From an uncultured bacterium (lineage in GTDB: Bacteria; Babelota; Babeliae; Babelales; Vermiphilaceae): a stretch of DNA of 64,000 nt. Of the stretch, positions 49,857 to 58,197 are shown piece after piece. A program made the position numbers and the translations under genes. The stretch lies in NCBI GenBank assembly GCA_963695335.1, contig OY968764.1:960001-1024000 (forward strand), read 5' to 3'. How positions within the stretch are numbered: position 1 is the stretch's first letter; each line of letters opens with the position of its first letter. The notes beneath the pieces were generated by a model. It saw only the letters and a list, made by a program, of their open reading frames with translations, searched no databases and had not been told where the DNA came from.

Positions 49857-51395
49857 TTATAATAAAGAACTATCAACCTGTGTAATTAATTTTTGAGCAA
49901 ATTCCGATAATGGATATTGATAAACATGAGACAGTTCCACTGTTTCTTTGCAACTATCATATAGCGATAAAACTGTTAAAGCATTATCAGTATTTAAATA
50001 CGTTTCATCGGTAGTTTTTATCGTTATAAAACCAGTTTCTATACTTTTGTATAATACTTTTCTCAATTCATCTAATGTGGTAACGCATTCACCATTAACC
50101 TCATTAATAGTGTCAGCCCAACGAATTGTTTTTATATGTTCAACTTTAGATCCTGAAATAAGATTTGCAATAACAAGGCGTGGTCCATTATCATGAAGAT
50201 TCGTCAAATATCGCGCTAAACCAGGCTTATCTTTAGAATATGCTTTAATATAATTTACTGTTAATGGCATAATAACCATGCCCGCAAACACTTCATAATC
50301 TATTTTTTCATAAGGAGGATATTTTGTACTAATATTATTATCATCCAGTAAATCAATAGTAACAGGAATATCCAATGATACTCCATTACGCCATACACTA
50401 AAATTAACTTCTGCCCCTAAAGGAAGCATCACTATATATTCATAAAATGATATTTTACTACTACCAGGCAAAACAATTATTTCGGCATAATTATCTATAA
50501 AATAACCATTAACCGCAGAAATAATATCCCCTATTCGCAATCCAGCGACATAACCTTTTTTTAAAGGATCAAGATCACATATCAAACAACCATTTACATC
50601 TGTATTACCAAAATAGCTTCTGATTTCCTGATTAGTCGGCTCCCATACCATCCCAAAATCACTATTTATTTTTAATAATTTATGATCATAGAGATCAGAT
50701 AATGATGATTTTAAAACATTAATAGGAACAGCAAAATTAGTACCTTGTGCCTCTTTATTTCCTCCTCTATGAATTCCAATAACCATCCCTTTTTTATTAA
50801 ATACAGGACCACCCGAATTGCCTGGATTCGTTGCAATATCATACTGTAAATATCGATAAAGATGAGCACTTACAACTCCAGAAGTAGCCTTAAGCTCTTT
50901 TGCTGCCAAGGGATATCCCAATGACAAAACTTCTTCTCCGCTTCGTATCTCGTCTGAATCACCTAATTGAAGATATGGTATTTGATTAAATTCTTTATGA
51001 ATTACACTGAGAGACTCTTGCGTAAAGCGTAATAATGCTATGTCACGCTCTGGGCATATCCCGATAACATCAACTTTAAAACGTTGCTTGCCAAATGCTG
51101 CCATAGAAATAAAAACTGCTAATGCATCTTCAACAACATGAGAACATGTTACGATATCGCCAGTGCTGTTAATGATAAAGCCTGTTCCACAGGTATTTTT
51201 AGTGTTATTTACACAATATGGATTAGACCAATTAACATCTCTTGATGTAACAAAAATTTGAACTACTGCATCACGTGCAGCTACTTGAACTTCTTGCCAT
51301 GTTTGATCGGCAATAGCAGATTCCTGCATACATTGCATGGAACAAGAACTGAATACACTCAACAAAATTGCGGCATATATTTTTTTATATAACAT
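49857..51395 (-). CDS. Exported trypsin-like serine protease with PDZ domains (Deg/HtrA family), paralog B
   Basis: TCSHVV, RDIALL and NPGNSGGP. Same length (512 aa) as, and colinear with, the neighbouring paralog. Confidence 0.9.
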   Translation of the reverse strand: MLYKKIYAAILLSVFSSCSMQCMQESAIADQTWQEVQVAARDAVVQIFVTSRDVNWSNPYCVNNTKNTCGTGFIINSTGDIVTCSHVVEDALAVFISMAAFGKQRFKVDVIGICPERDIALLRFTQESLSVIHKEFNQIPYLQLGDSDEIRSGEEVLSLGYPLAAKELKATSGVVSAHLYRYLQYDIATNPGNSGGPVFNKKGMVIGIHRGGNKEAQGTNFAVPINVLKSSLSDLYDHKLLKINSDFGMVWEPTNQEIRSYFGNTDVNGCLICDLDPLKKGYVAGLRIGDIISAVNGYFIDNYAEIIVLPGSSKISFYEYIVMLPLGAEVNFSVWRNGVSLDIPVTIDLLDDNNISTKYPPYEKIDYEVFAGMVIMPLTVNYIKAYSKDKPGLARYLTNLHDNGPRLVIANLISGSKVEHIKTIRWADTINEVNGECVTTLDELRKVLYKSIETGFITIKTTDETYLNTDNALTVLSLYDSCKETVELSHVYQYPLSEFAQKLITQVDSSLL

Positions 51396-51685
51396 GTTTG
51401 TATAACCTCCATTGTATATGTTATTTTATTTTTATAGCCTCAATTAAAACTCTTATTTTTTATTTTTTTTAACCACAACATGACTTTTTTGAAACACAGA
51501 ATGTTGTTTACCGTACAACAATGAAGCAAAACCTTGATACAATAATCCCCCTACTACTAACGCAGTAAACGTACTTAACACAAATTCATCTCTTTTAGAA
51601 AAAAATCTACTTTTCATTCATGGCCCCTTCCACAACATTGTTTTAGTTAACTTTTTTATAATACCTAATCGAAATGAAATTTTAA

Positions 51686-53071
51686 TTAATCAAAGTCGGC
51701 TGTATCCTCAAATTTAGTAAGTTCTCTAATAAAGTTCATATACACCGTTCCTGTTGGCCCATTACGCTGCTTGCCGATAATAAGCTCCGCCAATGCAGGG
51801 TTTTCTGTTTCTGGATTATATACAACATCACGATATAAAAACATAATCACATCAGCATCTTGTTCTATCGCTCCTGATTCTCGCAAATCAGAAAGCATGG
51901 GGCGTTTATCCATACGACTATCAACAGCACGTGAAAGCTGTGATAATGCAATGATTGGAATATTAAGTTCTTTTGCTAATGCTTTAAGTGATCGGGAAAT
52001 ATCAGAAACCTCTTGATGGCGATTTTCATGTTTTTTATTGGAATGTAACAGCTGCAAATAATCTATAACTAAGAATTGTAACCCATGCTCAGCTTTTAAC
52101 TTACGTGCTTTTGCTCGTAAATCCATAATATTAAGCATTGCTGTATCATCAATAAACACTTTCATTTCAGCAAGCTGTGCCGCAACATTCGTTAGATCAA
52201 TCCACTCATCAGATGAGATAGTTGCGTTACGAATATTATGATGACCAATACCAGATTCCGCTGAAAGTAAACGGAGCGTCAGCTGCTCAGCTGACATTTC
52301 AAGGGAAAACACACCAACAGAAAACCCACTGCGTGCTGCCGTTAAAGCAACACCCAAAGCAAGCGCCGTTTTACCCATTGATGGACGTGCTGCAAGCACA
52401 ATAAAATCGCTGTTTTGAAAACCAGAAGTCATTTGATCAAGTTGGGAGAATCCTGAAGGGACACCTGTTATGCCCTTCATATGACTTTTTATATCAGAAA
52501 GATGCTGGAATGTTTTCTTTAACCAGATATCAAGCTGAATAAAACTATTGCTTGATCTTTTGTTGGCAATATTAAAAATAACTTTTTCTGCATCATCAAG
52601 AACAGCATCTATTGAACTCTGATCTTGTGTATAACAGTTAGTAATGATTGTTGCGGCAGAACTAATAAGCTGCCGCAACACTGATTTTTCTTTGATAATA
52701 GTAGCATGTTGAACAATCAAACCAACCGATGGTATATCTTCTTGTAAACTCACCAGATAGATAATACCTCCAGCTGCATCTAACAAATCTTTTTTGGTCA
52801 GTTCGTCTTGAAGTGTAACAATATCAATACGTTTATGTTTCTGACCTAAATCAACAATTGCCTGATAAATAATTTTGTGTGCAGGATTATAGAAATCATC
52901 GGGAACAATAATTTCTGAAACAGTTGTAATGTATTCATCATTCAATAACAATGCTCCCAAAACAGCTCGCTCCGCATCAACATGCGCAGGAAGTGTTTTT
53001 CCCAGAATGCCTTCTACATTCTGTTTTTTTGCTACAACGGAATTATTATTATAATGACTGTTTTTACTCAT
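51686..53071 (-). CDS. dnaB: Replicative DNA helicase DnaB
   Basis: AERAVLGALL, LAARPSMGKT (Walker A), IDYLQL, LSQLSR, SDLRESGAIEQDAD, KQRNGPTG. Start placed at ATG 53071, just past the rplI stop; the ORF track begins at 53089. Confidence 0.97.
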   Translation of the reverse strand: MSKNSHYNNNSVVAKKQNVEGILGKTLPAHVDAERAVLGALLLNDEYITTVSEIIVPDDFYNPAHKIIYQAIVDLGQKHKRIDIVTLQDELTKKDLLDAAGGIIYLVSLQEDIPSVGLIVQHATIIKEKSVLRQLISSAATIITNCYTQDQSSIDAVLDDAEKVIFNIANKRSSNSFIQLDIWLKKTFQHLSDIKSHMKGITGVPSGFSQLDQMTSGFQNSDFIVLAARPSMGKTALALGVALTAARSGFSVGVFSLEMSAEQLTLRLLSAESGIGHHNIRNATISSDEWIDLTNVAAQLAEMKVFIDDTAMLNIMDLRAKARKLKAEHGLQFLVIDYLQLLHSNKKHENRHQEVSDISRSLKALAKELNIPIIALSQLSRAVDSRMDKRPMLSDLRESGAIEQDADVIMFLYRDVVYNPETENPALAELIIGKQRNGPTGTVYMNFIRELTKFEDTADFD

Positions 53072-53075
53072 ATAT

Positions 53076-53519
53076 CTATTCAGATACAACGGTTACGGTA
53101 ATGATTGATCTCAATTTTGTTGTTAATTTAATCTCAACTTTAAAAGAGCCTTTTGATTTGATAGATTTATCAAACTCTACTTGGCTTTTATTGATACTGA
53201 TGCCTTTCTCAGCAAGTGCATCAACTACCTCTGAAGCGTTAATGGAACCATAGAGTTGCCCATTATCATGCATTTTGCGTTTAAGAGTAATAGATACAGA
53301 ATTAAGAGTTTCTGCGAACATAGAGGTCTGAGAAGCTATAACCTCTTTACGGTTTTCAACGCTGCGTATTTTGGCAACGTATTGATCTTTATTGTGAAGA
53401 GTAATTTCAACAGCGAGACCTTTTGGAAAAAGAAAATTGCGGGCATAACCATCCCCAACTTTGACAATCTCTCCGGCCATTCCTACTTTTTCAACATTTT
53501 TGCGTAAGAATACTTCCAT
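53076..53519 (-). CDS. rplI: 50S ribosomal protein L9
   Basis: GEIVKVGDGYARNFLFPKGLA and GQLYGSI motifs, 147 aa, directly upstream of dnaB. Confidence 0.97.
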   Translation of the reverse strand: MEVFLRKNVEKVGMAGEIVKVGDGYARNFLFPKGLAVEITLHNKDQYVAKIRSVENRKEVIASQTSMFAETLNSVSITLKRKMHDNGQLYGSINASEVVDALAEKGISINKSQVEFDKSIKSKGSFKVEIKLTTKLRSIITVTVVSE

Positions 53520-53611
53520 GTTTTGCTCCTTTTGATGATTAATTCAATTTTTTGCATTAATATCGATACTTTCAGTATATCTTAAAAAAAAGAGCTTGAA
53601 AATAAGGGATT

Positions 53612-53758
53612 TTAGCCTTTTTGCTCATAATTTTCCCGTTCTCGGGCTGCCAGCATCAAATAATAACTCGAATGCTGTATTGAATGGACAATGGCGATCA
53701 ATGCAGTCATAATAATAAGAACCATCAAAATGACTGAGCCTGCCCGCGTTTTATTCAT
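53612..53758 (-). CDS. Small pilin-like protein (48 aa) with PilX/GspK-like N-terminus; not in the ORF track
   Basis: MNKTRAG|SVILMVLIIMTALIAIV...EQKG*, SD gaggaa, follows two other prepilin-like genes. Confidence 0.55.
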   Translation of the reverse strand: MNKTRAGSVILMVLIIMTALIAIVHSIQHSSYYLMLAARERENYEQKG

Positions 53759-53779
53759 AACTTCCTCTAATTTTCCAAA

Positions 53780-53850
53780 CCGTTCGCACTGAGCTTGTCG
53801 AAGTGAGCGAATGGATGTTCGTTTCCTTCGACAAGCTCAGGACGAACGGG
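53780..53850. repeat. REP-like palindromic repeat, inverted pair (core TGAGCTTGTCGAA)
   Basis: ccgttcgcactgagcttgtcgaagtgagcgaa is identical to the copy starting at 9352 and is followed by an inverted copy. Confidence 0.85.
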
Positions 53851-53862
53851 ACAGACAAAAGA

Positions 53863-54345
53863 TCATTCATTCATACACTCCTTAACCGCCACAAAGCATA
53901 TAACCGGCTTACTTTGAGCAGCCCTTGGTTCCAGTTTCATTTCTATTCCCACAATGCTGTCGCAAGCTTTTTCAGGAGTAAATGTGACCTGTGCAACCCC
54001 AGAGGCAACAGTACTTGTTGTTTTATGAGCCCACACTCCATTATATACGCCAGTAGTTCTTTTCAGGCAGTGATCGGCAAAAGACCATCCAATATCACAA
54101 TCCTCGCCTTGCCAAATAAGCTCATGAGGGGTAATCAGTTTCCAACTGTTTATACCTGTACGCACATCTCGCACAAAAAGATCTGATGCAACATGCAACG
54201 CCATAATTGATTGCGACTTACGCGCAGATGTTAATGAAGGAATAATAAGAGATACAATAATATGACATAAAAAAAATGTCATAAATGTAAAAAGCATAAG
54301 GTATAACAAAAAGGATAACAGTGAAAAGCCTTTTTTATTATGCAT
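53863..54345 (-). CDS. Prepilin-type N-terminal cleavage protein (minor pilin/pseudopilin-like, 160 aa)
   Basis: MHNKKG|FSLLSFLLYLMLF: class III-like leader followed by a hydrophobic helix. Lacks Glu at +5. Confidence 0.7.
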   Translation of the reverse strand: MHNKKGFSLLSFLLYLMLFTFMTFFLCHIIVSLIIPSLTSARKSQSIMALHVASDLFVRDVRTGINSWKLITPHELIWQGEDCDIGWSFADHCLKRTTGVYNGVWAHKTTSTVASGVAQVTFTPEKACDSIVGIEMKLEPRAAQSKPVICFVAVKECMNE

Positions 54346-54547
54346 GTATATTTCCGTACTTTTTTACAAAATCTCTTTCTTTTTGATTACGAAGCGTCGA
54401 AATTTTTTCAGCAGAGTTAAGGGCTTTCTGTTGCGTGACTTTAACTTCAATTATATAATGAGTGATAATCAAGATAAAAAAAGTTGATATCGATAAACCA
54501 ATCATAAGCTCAATAAGGAAGAATCCATCTTTAGTATACTTCACCAT
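54338..54547 (-). CDS. Small prepilin-type protein (69 aa)
   Basis: MVKYTKDG|FFLIELMIGL: canonical G|FxxxE class III signal. Its stop overlaps the next start. Confidence 0.75.
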   Translation of the reverse strand: MVKYTKDGFFLIELMIGLSISTFFILIITHYIIEVKVTQQKALNSAEKISTLRNQKERDFVKKYGNIHA

Positions 54548-54671
54548 TATATATTCCTGCAGAGAAATGATAGTTTTGAATCAAAAAGTTATGTAAACTA
54601 TACCGACAAAATAAAAATCGATGCAATAGATCATGAGAGTTTAACACAATAAGAATGAGAAGGTATTCATT

Positions 54672-56570
54672 ATGACGTATCGTGTACTATGTTTTAATAT
54701 ATTGATGAGCGTACTTTTCTGCTGCTATTCACCAACAATCATTTCTGCACAAAAAATGATGAATCCCCAACAAATGCAAGATTTTGAAAGGGAACTTGAA
54801 GAAGCAAATCGCGCCATAGAAGAGTATGTTTCAAGTCTTTCCCCTGCAGAACAAGCAGAATTTAACCGCCAAGTTGAAGAAATGTCACGAATGTTTGAAA
54901 ACATGAACGAAGAAGAATTTGAAAAATTTCTTGGTGATATGTTTACAGATGAACCGATGACTGAACCAAATCCATTTACTGAAGTACAACCAGTTGCGCA
55001 AGAAGTTGTTGAAGCAACATCTTTAAATGCAGAAGACAAGAAAAAAGCAGAAACAGCTCTTAAAGTGCTCGATGATATTATCAAACAATCCAATTTATTT
55101 ATGGTTCTTGTTAATAGCTCTCCTGAACTGCCTAACCGCATAACTCGTTGGGGAACCCAAAACACAATCAACAATTGGCAAACAGGTACCAAATGGGATG
55201 GTTTCAAATTAGAGCTTGAATCATTAGTCCAAAAACTGTACAAAGCCCAAGAACAAGATCTCAGTAAAAAATATAAATATCTTTTAGAACTCATCGCGGA
55301 TGAAGCATTGTATAATAATCTTATTCAATTGCAAACATCACTGAATAAACTTGTTCCAACAATTAATCTTCCCGAATTTGGCATTCAAAAATTGAGTGCA
55401 CAATCAAAAAATGCAATCAAAGAAATACTTAATAAATATACTGAAGGCTTTTATTTATTAGGCATTCCAAAAGCTCTTGATGCACTTTTTGAAAAATATG
55501 CTCCAGAAGCAGAAAAAATCAAATCTGCAGAAGAAGCTGCTACTAAAAGAGCACAAGAGTCTGCACGAGGAGTACGCACTCCTGCTTCAGCAGAAACTGT
55601 TGGCGTAGGACAAGAAAGCTTTGGTTATGATTATGGTTATGGTTATCCACAATATTATGGTGGGGATTATGGTTATAATCCTTACGAAAGTTATAGCCCT
55701 TACGGAGATTACGGTAATTCTGATTATGGTTATGGAGCAGAAAATGGCGCGGGTGCTAAAGCTGGTCAAGGTGCTGGTGGATCTGGCGGTAGTAGCCGTA
55801 GTGGTGGTGGTAAAGAAAATAAAGATGATAAAGACAAAGATAAAGATAAAAAAACAGAACCAACAAAAGCCACCCCTCATCTTGAAATTGAAGGCGCTCT
55901 TGCCACAATAAAAACTGATCTGACAGATATCAAAAATGCTCTTGTTGATGAAGAAGGCAAACCAACAAAACTTGAAAAACTTACAAAAACTCTTGAAAGT
56001 TCAGAAGACAATGATCTGGATATTTTCGCTGGTTCAACATTAACAACAACTGTTGATAAAAAATTAGATGCAGTTGCCAAATCTCTTGAAACAATAGATA
56101 AACAAAAATTAAATGCTGCTGATTTATCACATTATCAACGTGAAGTACAAAAAGCGTTTGATAAAAATAAAAAAGAACTTGAACTGTTGCGTGATTCATT
56201 AAAAGTTTTTGGTACAGCAGACGATATTAAAAAAGCACAAGATGCCGCTAAAAAAGCAAACTTGTCTGAAACTGAAAAAGAAAAAATTGTTCCTAATAAA
56301 GATATCAGCAAAGTGTCTGGAACCAAGCGATGGGTATTCTTTGGTGGTAAAGAAACAGAATTACCAGCAGAAGGTAAAGAGAAATTAGAAGAGAATGTTG
56401 GAACTCCTGCATCTTTACTTACCGTTAAAGATAAATTAGATAAACTCTTTGCAGACATGAAGAAATTCATATCTAAAAAAAGTGAAGTTCCTGTAGTGCC
56501 AAGACAAAAAGAAGAAACTCCAAAAGCGCCTGTTCAAGGAGAAGCTACTCTACCTGAAGAAACTGAATAA
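54672..56570 (+). CDS. Hypothetical exported protein (632 aa), helical, with a Tyr/Gly-rich low-complexity tract
   Basis: SD aaggt and a hydrophobic leader. Charged helical sequence with a YGYGYPQYYGGDYGYNPY tract. Followed by a terminator hairpin. Confidence 0.75.
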   Translation: MTYRVLCFNILMSVLFCCYSPTIISAQKMMNPQQMQDFERELEEANRAIEEYVSSLSPAEQAEFNRQVEEMSRMFENMNEEEFEKFLGDMFTDEPMTEPNPFTEVQPVAQEVVEATSLNAEDKKKAETALKVLDDIIKQSNLFMVLVNSSPELPNRITRWGTQNTINNWQTGTKWDGFKLELESLVQKLYKAQEQDLSKKYKYLLELIADEALYNNLIQLQTSLNKLVPTINLPEFGIQKLSAQSKNAIKEILNKYTEGFYLLGIPKALDALFEKYAPEAEKIKSAEEAATKRAQESARGVRTPASAETVGVGQESFGYDYGYGYPQYYGGDYGYNPYESYSPYGDYGNSDYGYGAENGAGAKAGQGAGGSGGSSRSGGGKENKDDKDKDKDKKTEPTKATPHLEIEGALATIKTDLTDIKNALVDEEGKPTKLEKLTKTLESSEDNDLDIFAGSTLTTTVDKKLDAVAKSLETIDKQKLNAADLSHYQREVQKAFDKNKKELELLRDSLKVFGTADDIKKAQDAAKKANLSETEKEKIVPNKDISKVSGTKRWVFFGGKETELPAEGKEKLEENVGTPASLLTVKDKLDKLFADMKKFISKKSEVPVVPRQKEETPKAPVQGEATLPEETE

Positions 56571-56587
56571 TATAAAGTTGAGCACAT

Positions 56588-56620
56588 AAGAAAGGGCCTG
56601 CAATTGCAGGCCCTTCTTTT
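56588..56620. terminator. Bidirectional terminator between convergent genes
   Basis: aagaaagggcctgcaattgcaggcccttctttt. Confidence 0.8.
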
Positions 56621-56626
56621 ATATTT

Positions 56627-56971
56627 TTAGTATCGTTGTCCAAATGTCTGTCCAGCCTGTTGTATCTCTTCAATACTATAAAATCCACGGTGACGTAATA
56701 TATCCAATTTATCCAATTGTGCTTGAAAATTATCCCTGTGCATTTTTGCGTTTTCAATCAGATAAGATTTAGTCTCTGATGGCATTGATTCATTTTTTTG
56801 TGTTGAGTTCATTACGCCTTGCCAATAATCTCTACCCTTAGCGCTTATATCTCTTTGTGTGTTTAAGAAAGACTGCATTCTCTGTTCCTGCGTTTGCATC
56901 CCATTCATTTGACTGAATGTTGCAACGACCAAAATCATACTCAAACTTAATAATAGTTTGATGTTTTTCAT
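56627..56971 (-). CDS. Small exported hypothetical protein (114 aa)
   Basis: SD aagggg and leader MKNIKLLLSLSMILVVATFSQMNG|MQ. Confidence 0.7.
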   Translation of the reverse strand: MKNIKLLLSLSMILVVATFSQMNGMQTQEQRMQSFLNTQRDISAKGRDYWQGVMNSTQKNESMPSETKSYLIENAKMHRDNFQAQLDKLDILRHRGFYSIEEIQQAGQTFGQRY

Positions 56972-57010
56972 AAAATACCCCTTCTTTTTGAAATGAATAT
57001 ATTAGATACA

Positions 57011-57039
57011 GAAAGGCCCACCGAATGCAGGCCTTTTTT
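57011..57039 (-). terminator. Degenerate terminator-like hairpin at the 3' end of argR
   Basis: gaaaggcc-caccgaatgca-ggcctttttt, related to the hairpins at 56588 and 58165. Confidence 0.45.
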
Positions 57040-57040
57040 G

Positions 57041-57499
57041 CTATTTGGTTTTTATATAAGGAAAAAGAGTTTCAAAAATAGATTGTGCTTCTTTAAGAGC
57101 CTTCTTGTTTTTTACAATTACTACCAGAGTATCATCTCCAGCTATTGTTCCCAAAATGGGAGTATCATCTGCATCACGGGTATCGTAACTAACATATTTT
57201 TGATCTATAAAATAACCTAAACTATTTGCATTACCAGGATGTGTATGAAGAATTATGAGTCCAAATTCTGAGGTTTTCATACTTAATACAACAGGCAAAG
57301 ATGATGAACTAAAATCGATAATTTTATAAACTCCATCAACTTTGGCTATATTTAATTTTTTCAATTTTCTTGAAAGTGTCGCCTGGGGAATATCATATCC
57401 TCGTCGCTTTAATATCTCCTGCAAATCAACCTGCTCCCGCACTGCTTCATTTTGAACTATATTTAAAATATGATTTTCGAGTAATTTTTTTGATCCCAT
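57041..57499 (-). CDS. argR: Arginine repressor ArgR
   Basis: EQVDLQEILKRRGYDIPQATLSRKLKKLNIAK DNA-binding motif, plus HTHPGNA and ILGTIAGDDTL arginine-binding motifs. Confidence 0.93.
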   Translation of the reverse strand: MGSKKLLENHILNIVQNEAVREQVDLQEILKRRGYDIPQATLSRKLKKLNIAKVDGVYKIIDFSSSSLPVVLSMKTSEFGLIILHTHPGNANSLGYFIDQKYVSYDTRDADDTPILGTIAGDDTLVVIVKNKKALKEAQSIFETLFPYIKTK

Positions 57500-57538
57500 A
57501 ATTATCCTAAATATTCATAATTTGATATATATTATGGA

Positions 57539-57583
57539 AATGTATCCAAAATAGCTTGACTTGTCAATTAAACAGTTTATACT
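57539..57583. promoter_or_regulatory. Back-to-back divergent sigma70-like promoters
   Basis: + strand: TTGACT (57556-61), 16 bp, TATACT (57578-83). - strand: TTGACA (57567-62), 17 bp, TACATT (57544-39). Confidence 0.5.
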
Positions 57584-57598
57584 GAATTGTGAATACAA

Positions 57599-57616
57599 AA
57601 TGAGTATATATTCATA
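57599..57616. promoter_or_regulatory. Putative ARG box operator
   Basis: AATGAGTATATATTCATA matches WNTGAAT-N4-ATTCANW with one mismatch and lies in the argR divergent intergenic region. Confidence 0.55.
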
Positions 57617-57662
57617 ATTTTTTTAAACGCATTCTCAAACAATACATAAAACAAAGGTTACT

Positions 57663-58166
57663 ATGTACAAACAATTACTCTCTTTACTAATATTTTTTTG
57701 TTTGCAAATATCATGCATGGAAAAGGAATCCAAGTCTGTTTTTGAACAATTAGATAAAGATCGTCTATCCGTTATTACAGGATATTGCAATCTTCAAACA
57801 ATAGGACGATTAAAACAAATTTCTAAGCATCACAACAATATGATCAATATTGATGTGATTTTAAATAATACTACATCAGTTGCGTATTGCGAATTGGGAA
57901 AAAATGAAAAATACGCCGCTTGCACCAAGGCATTAAAACACTATGAACAAGAATATCATACCAACAAAAACCATGCTCAAATATTTAAAAACTTATTAAA
58001 ACATTGTCATCAACGCAGAAAAAAAGAAACACAGGAATTCATAAAATCTCATGGTTTGAGAATGGGACTCTCAAGAAGAGCTCCTTGTAGTCGCTATGAA
58101 TTATGGATAAAAGTTATCAATGAAAACAATCAAGATGAAGCACAATCTATAATATCTAAGTCATAA
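57663..58166 (+). CDS. Exported hypothetical protein (167 aa) with an F-box-like motif
   Basis: Leader MYKQLLSLLIFFCLQISC|ME. FEQLDKDRLSVITGYCNLQTIGRLKQISK has F-box-like spacing. Confidence 0.55.
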   Translation: MYKQLLSLLIFFCLQISCMEKESKSVFEQLDKDRLSVITGYCNLQTIGRLKQISKHHNNMINIDVILNNTTSVAYCELGKNEKYAACTKALKHYEQEYHTNKNHAQIFKNLLKHCHQRRKKETQEFIKSHGLRMGLSRRAPCSRYELWIKVINENNQDEAQSIISKS

Positions 58167-58197
58167 GAAAAGGCCTGCAGTCGCAGGCCCTTCTTTT
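58165..58197. terminator. Bidirectional terminator between the 167-aa gene and ileS
   Basis: aagaaaaggcctgc-agtc-gcaggcccttctttt. Confidence 0.8.
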
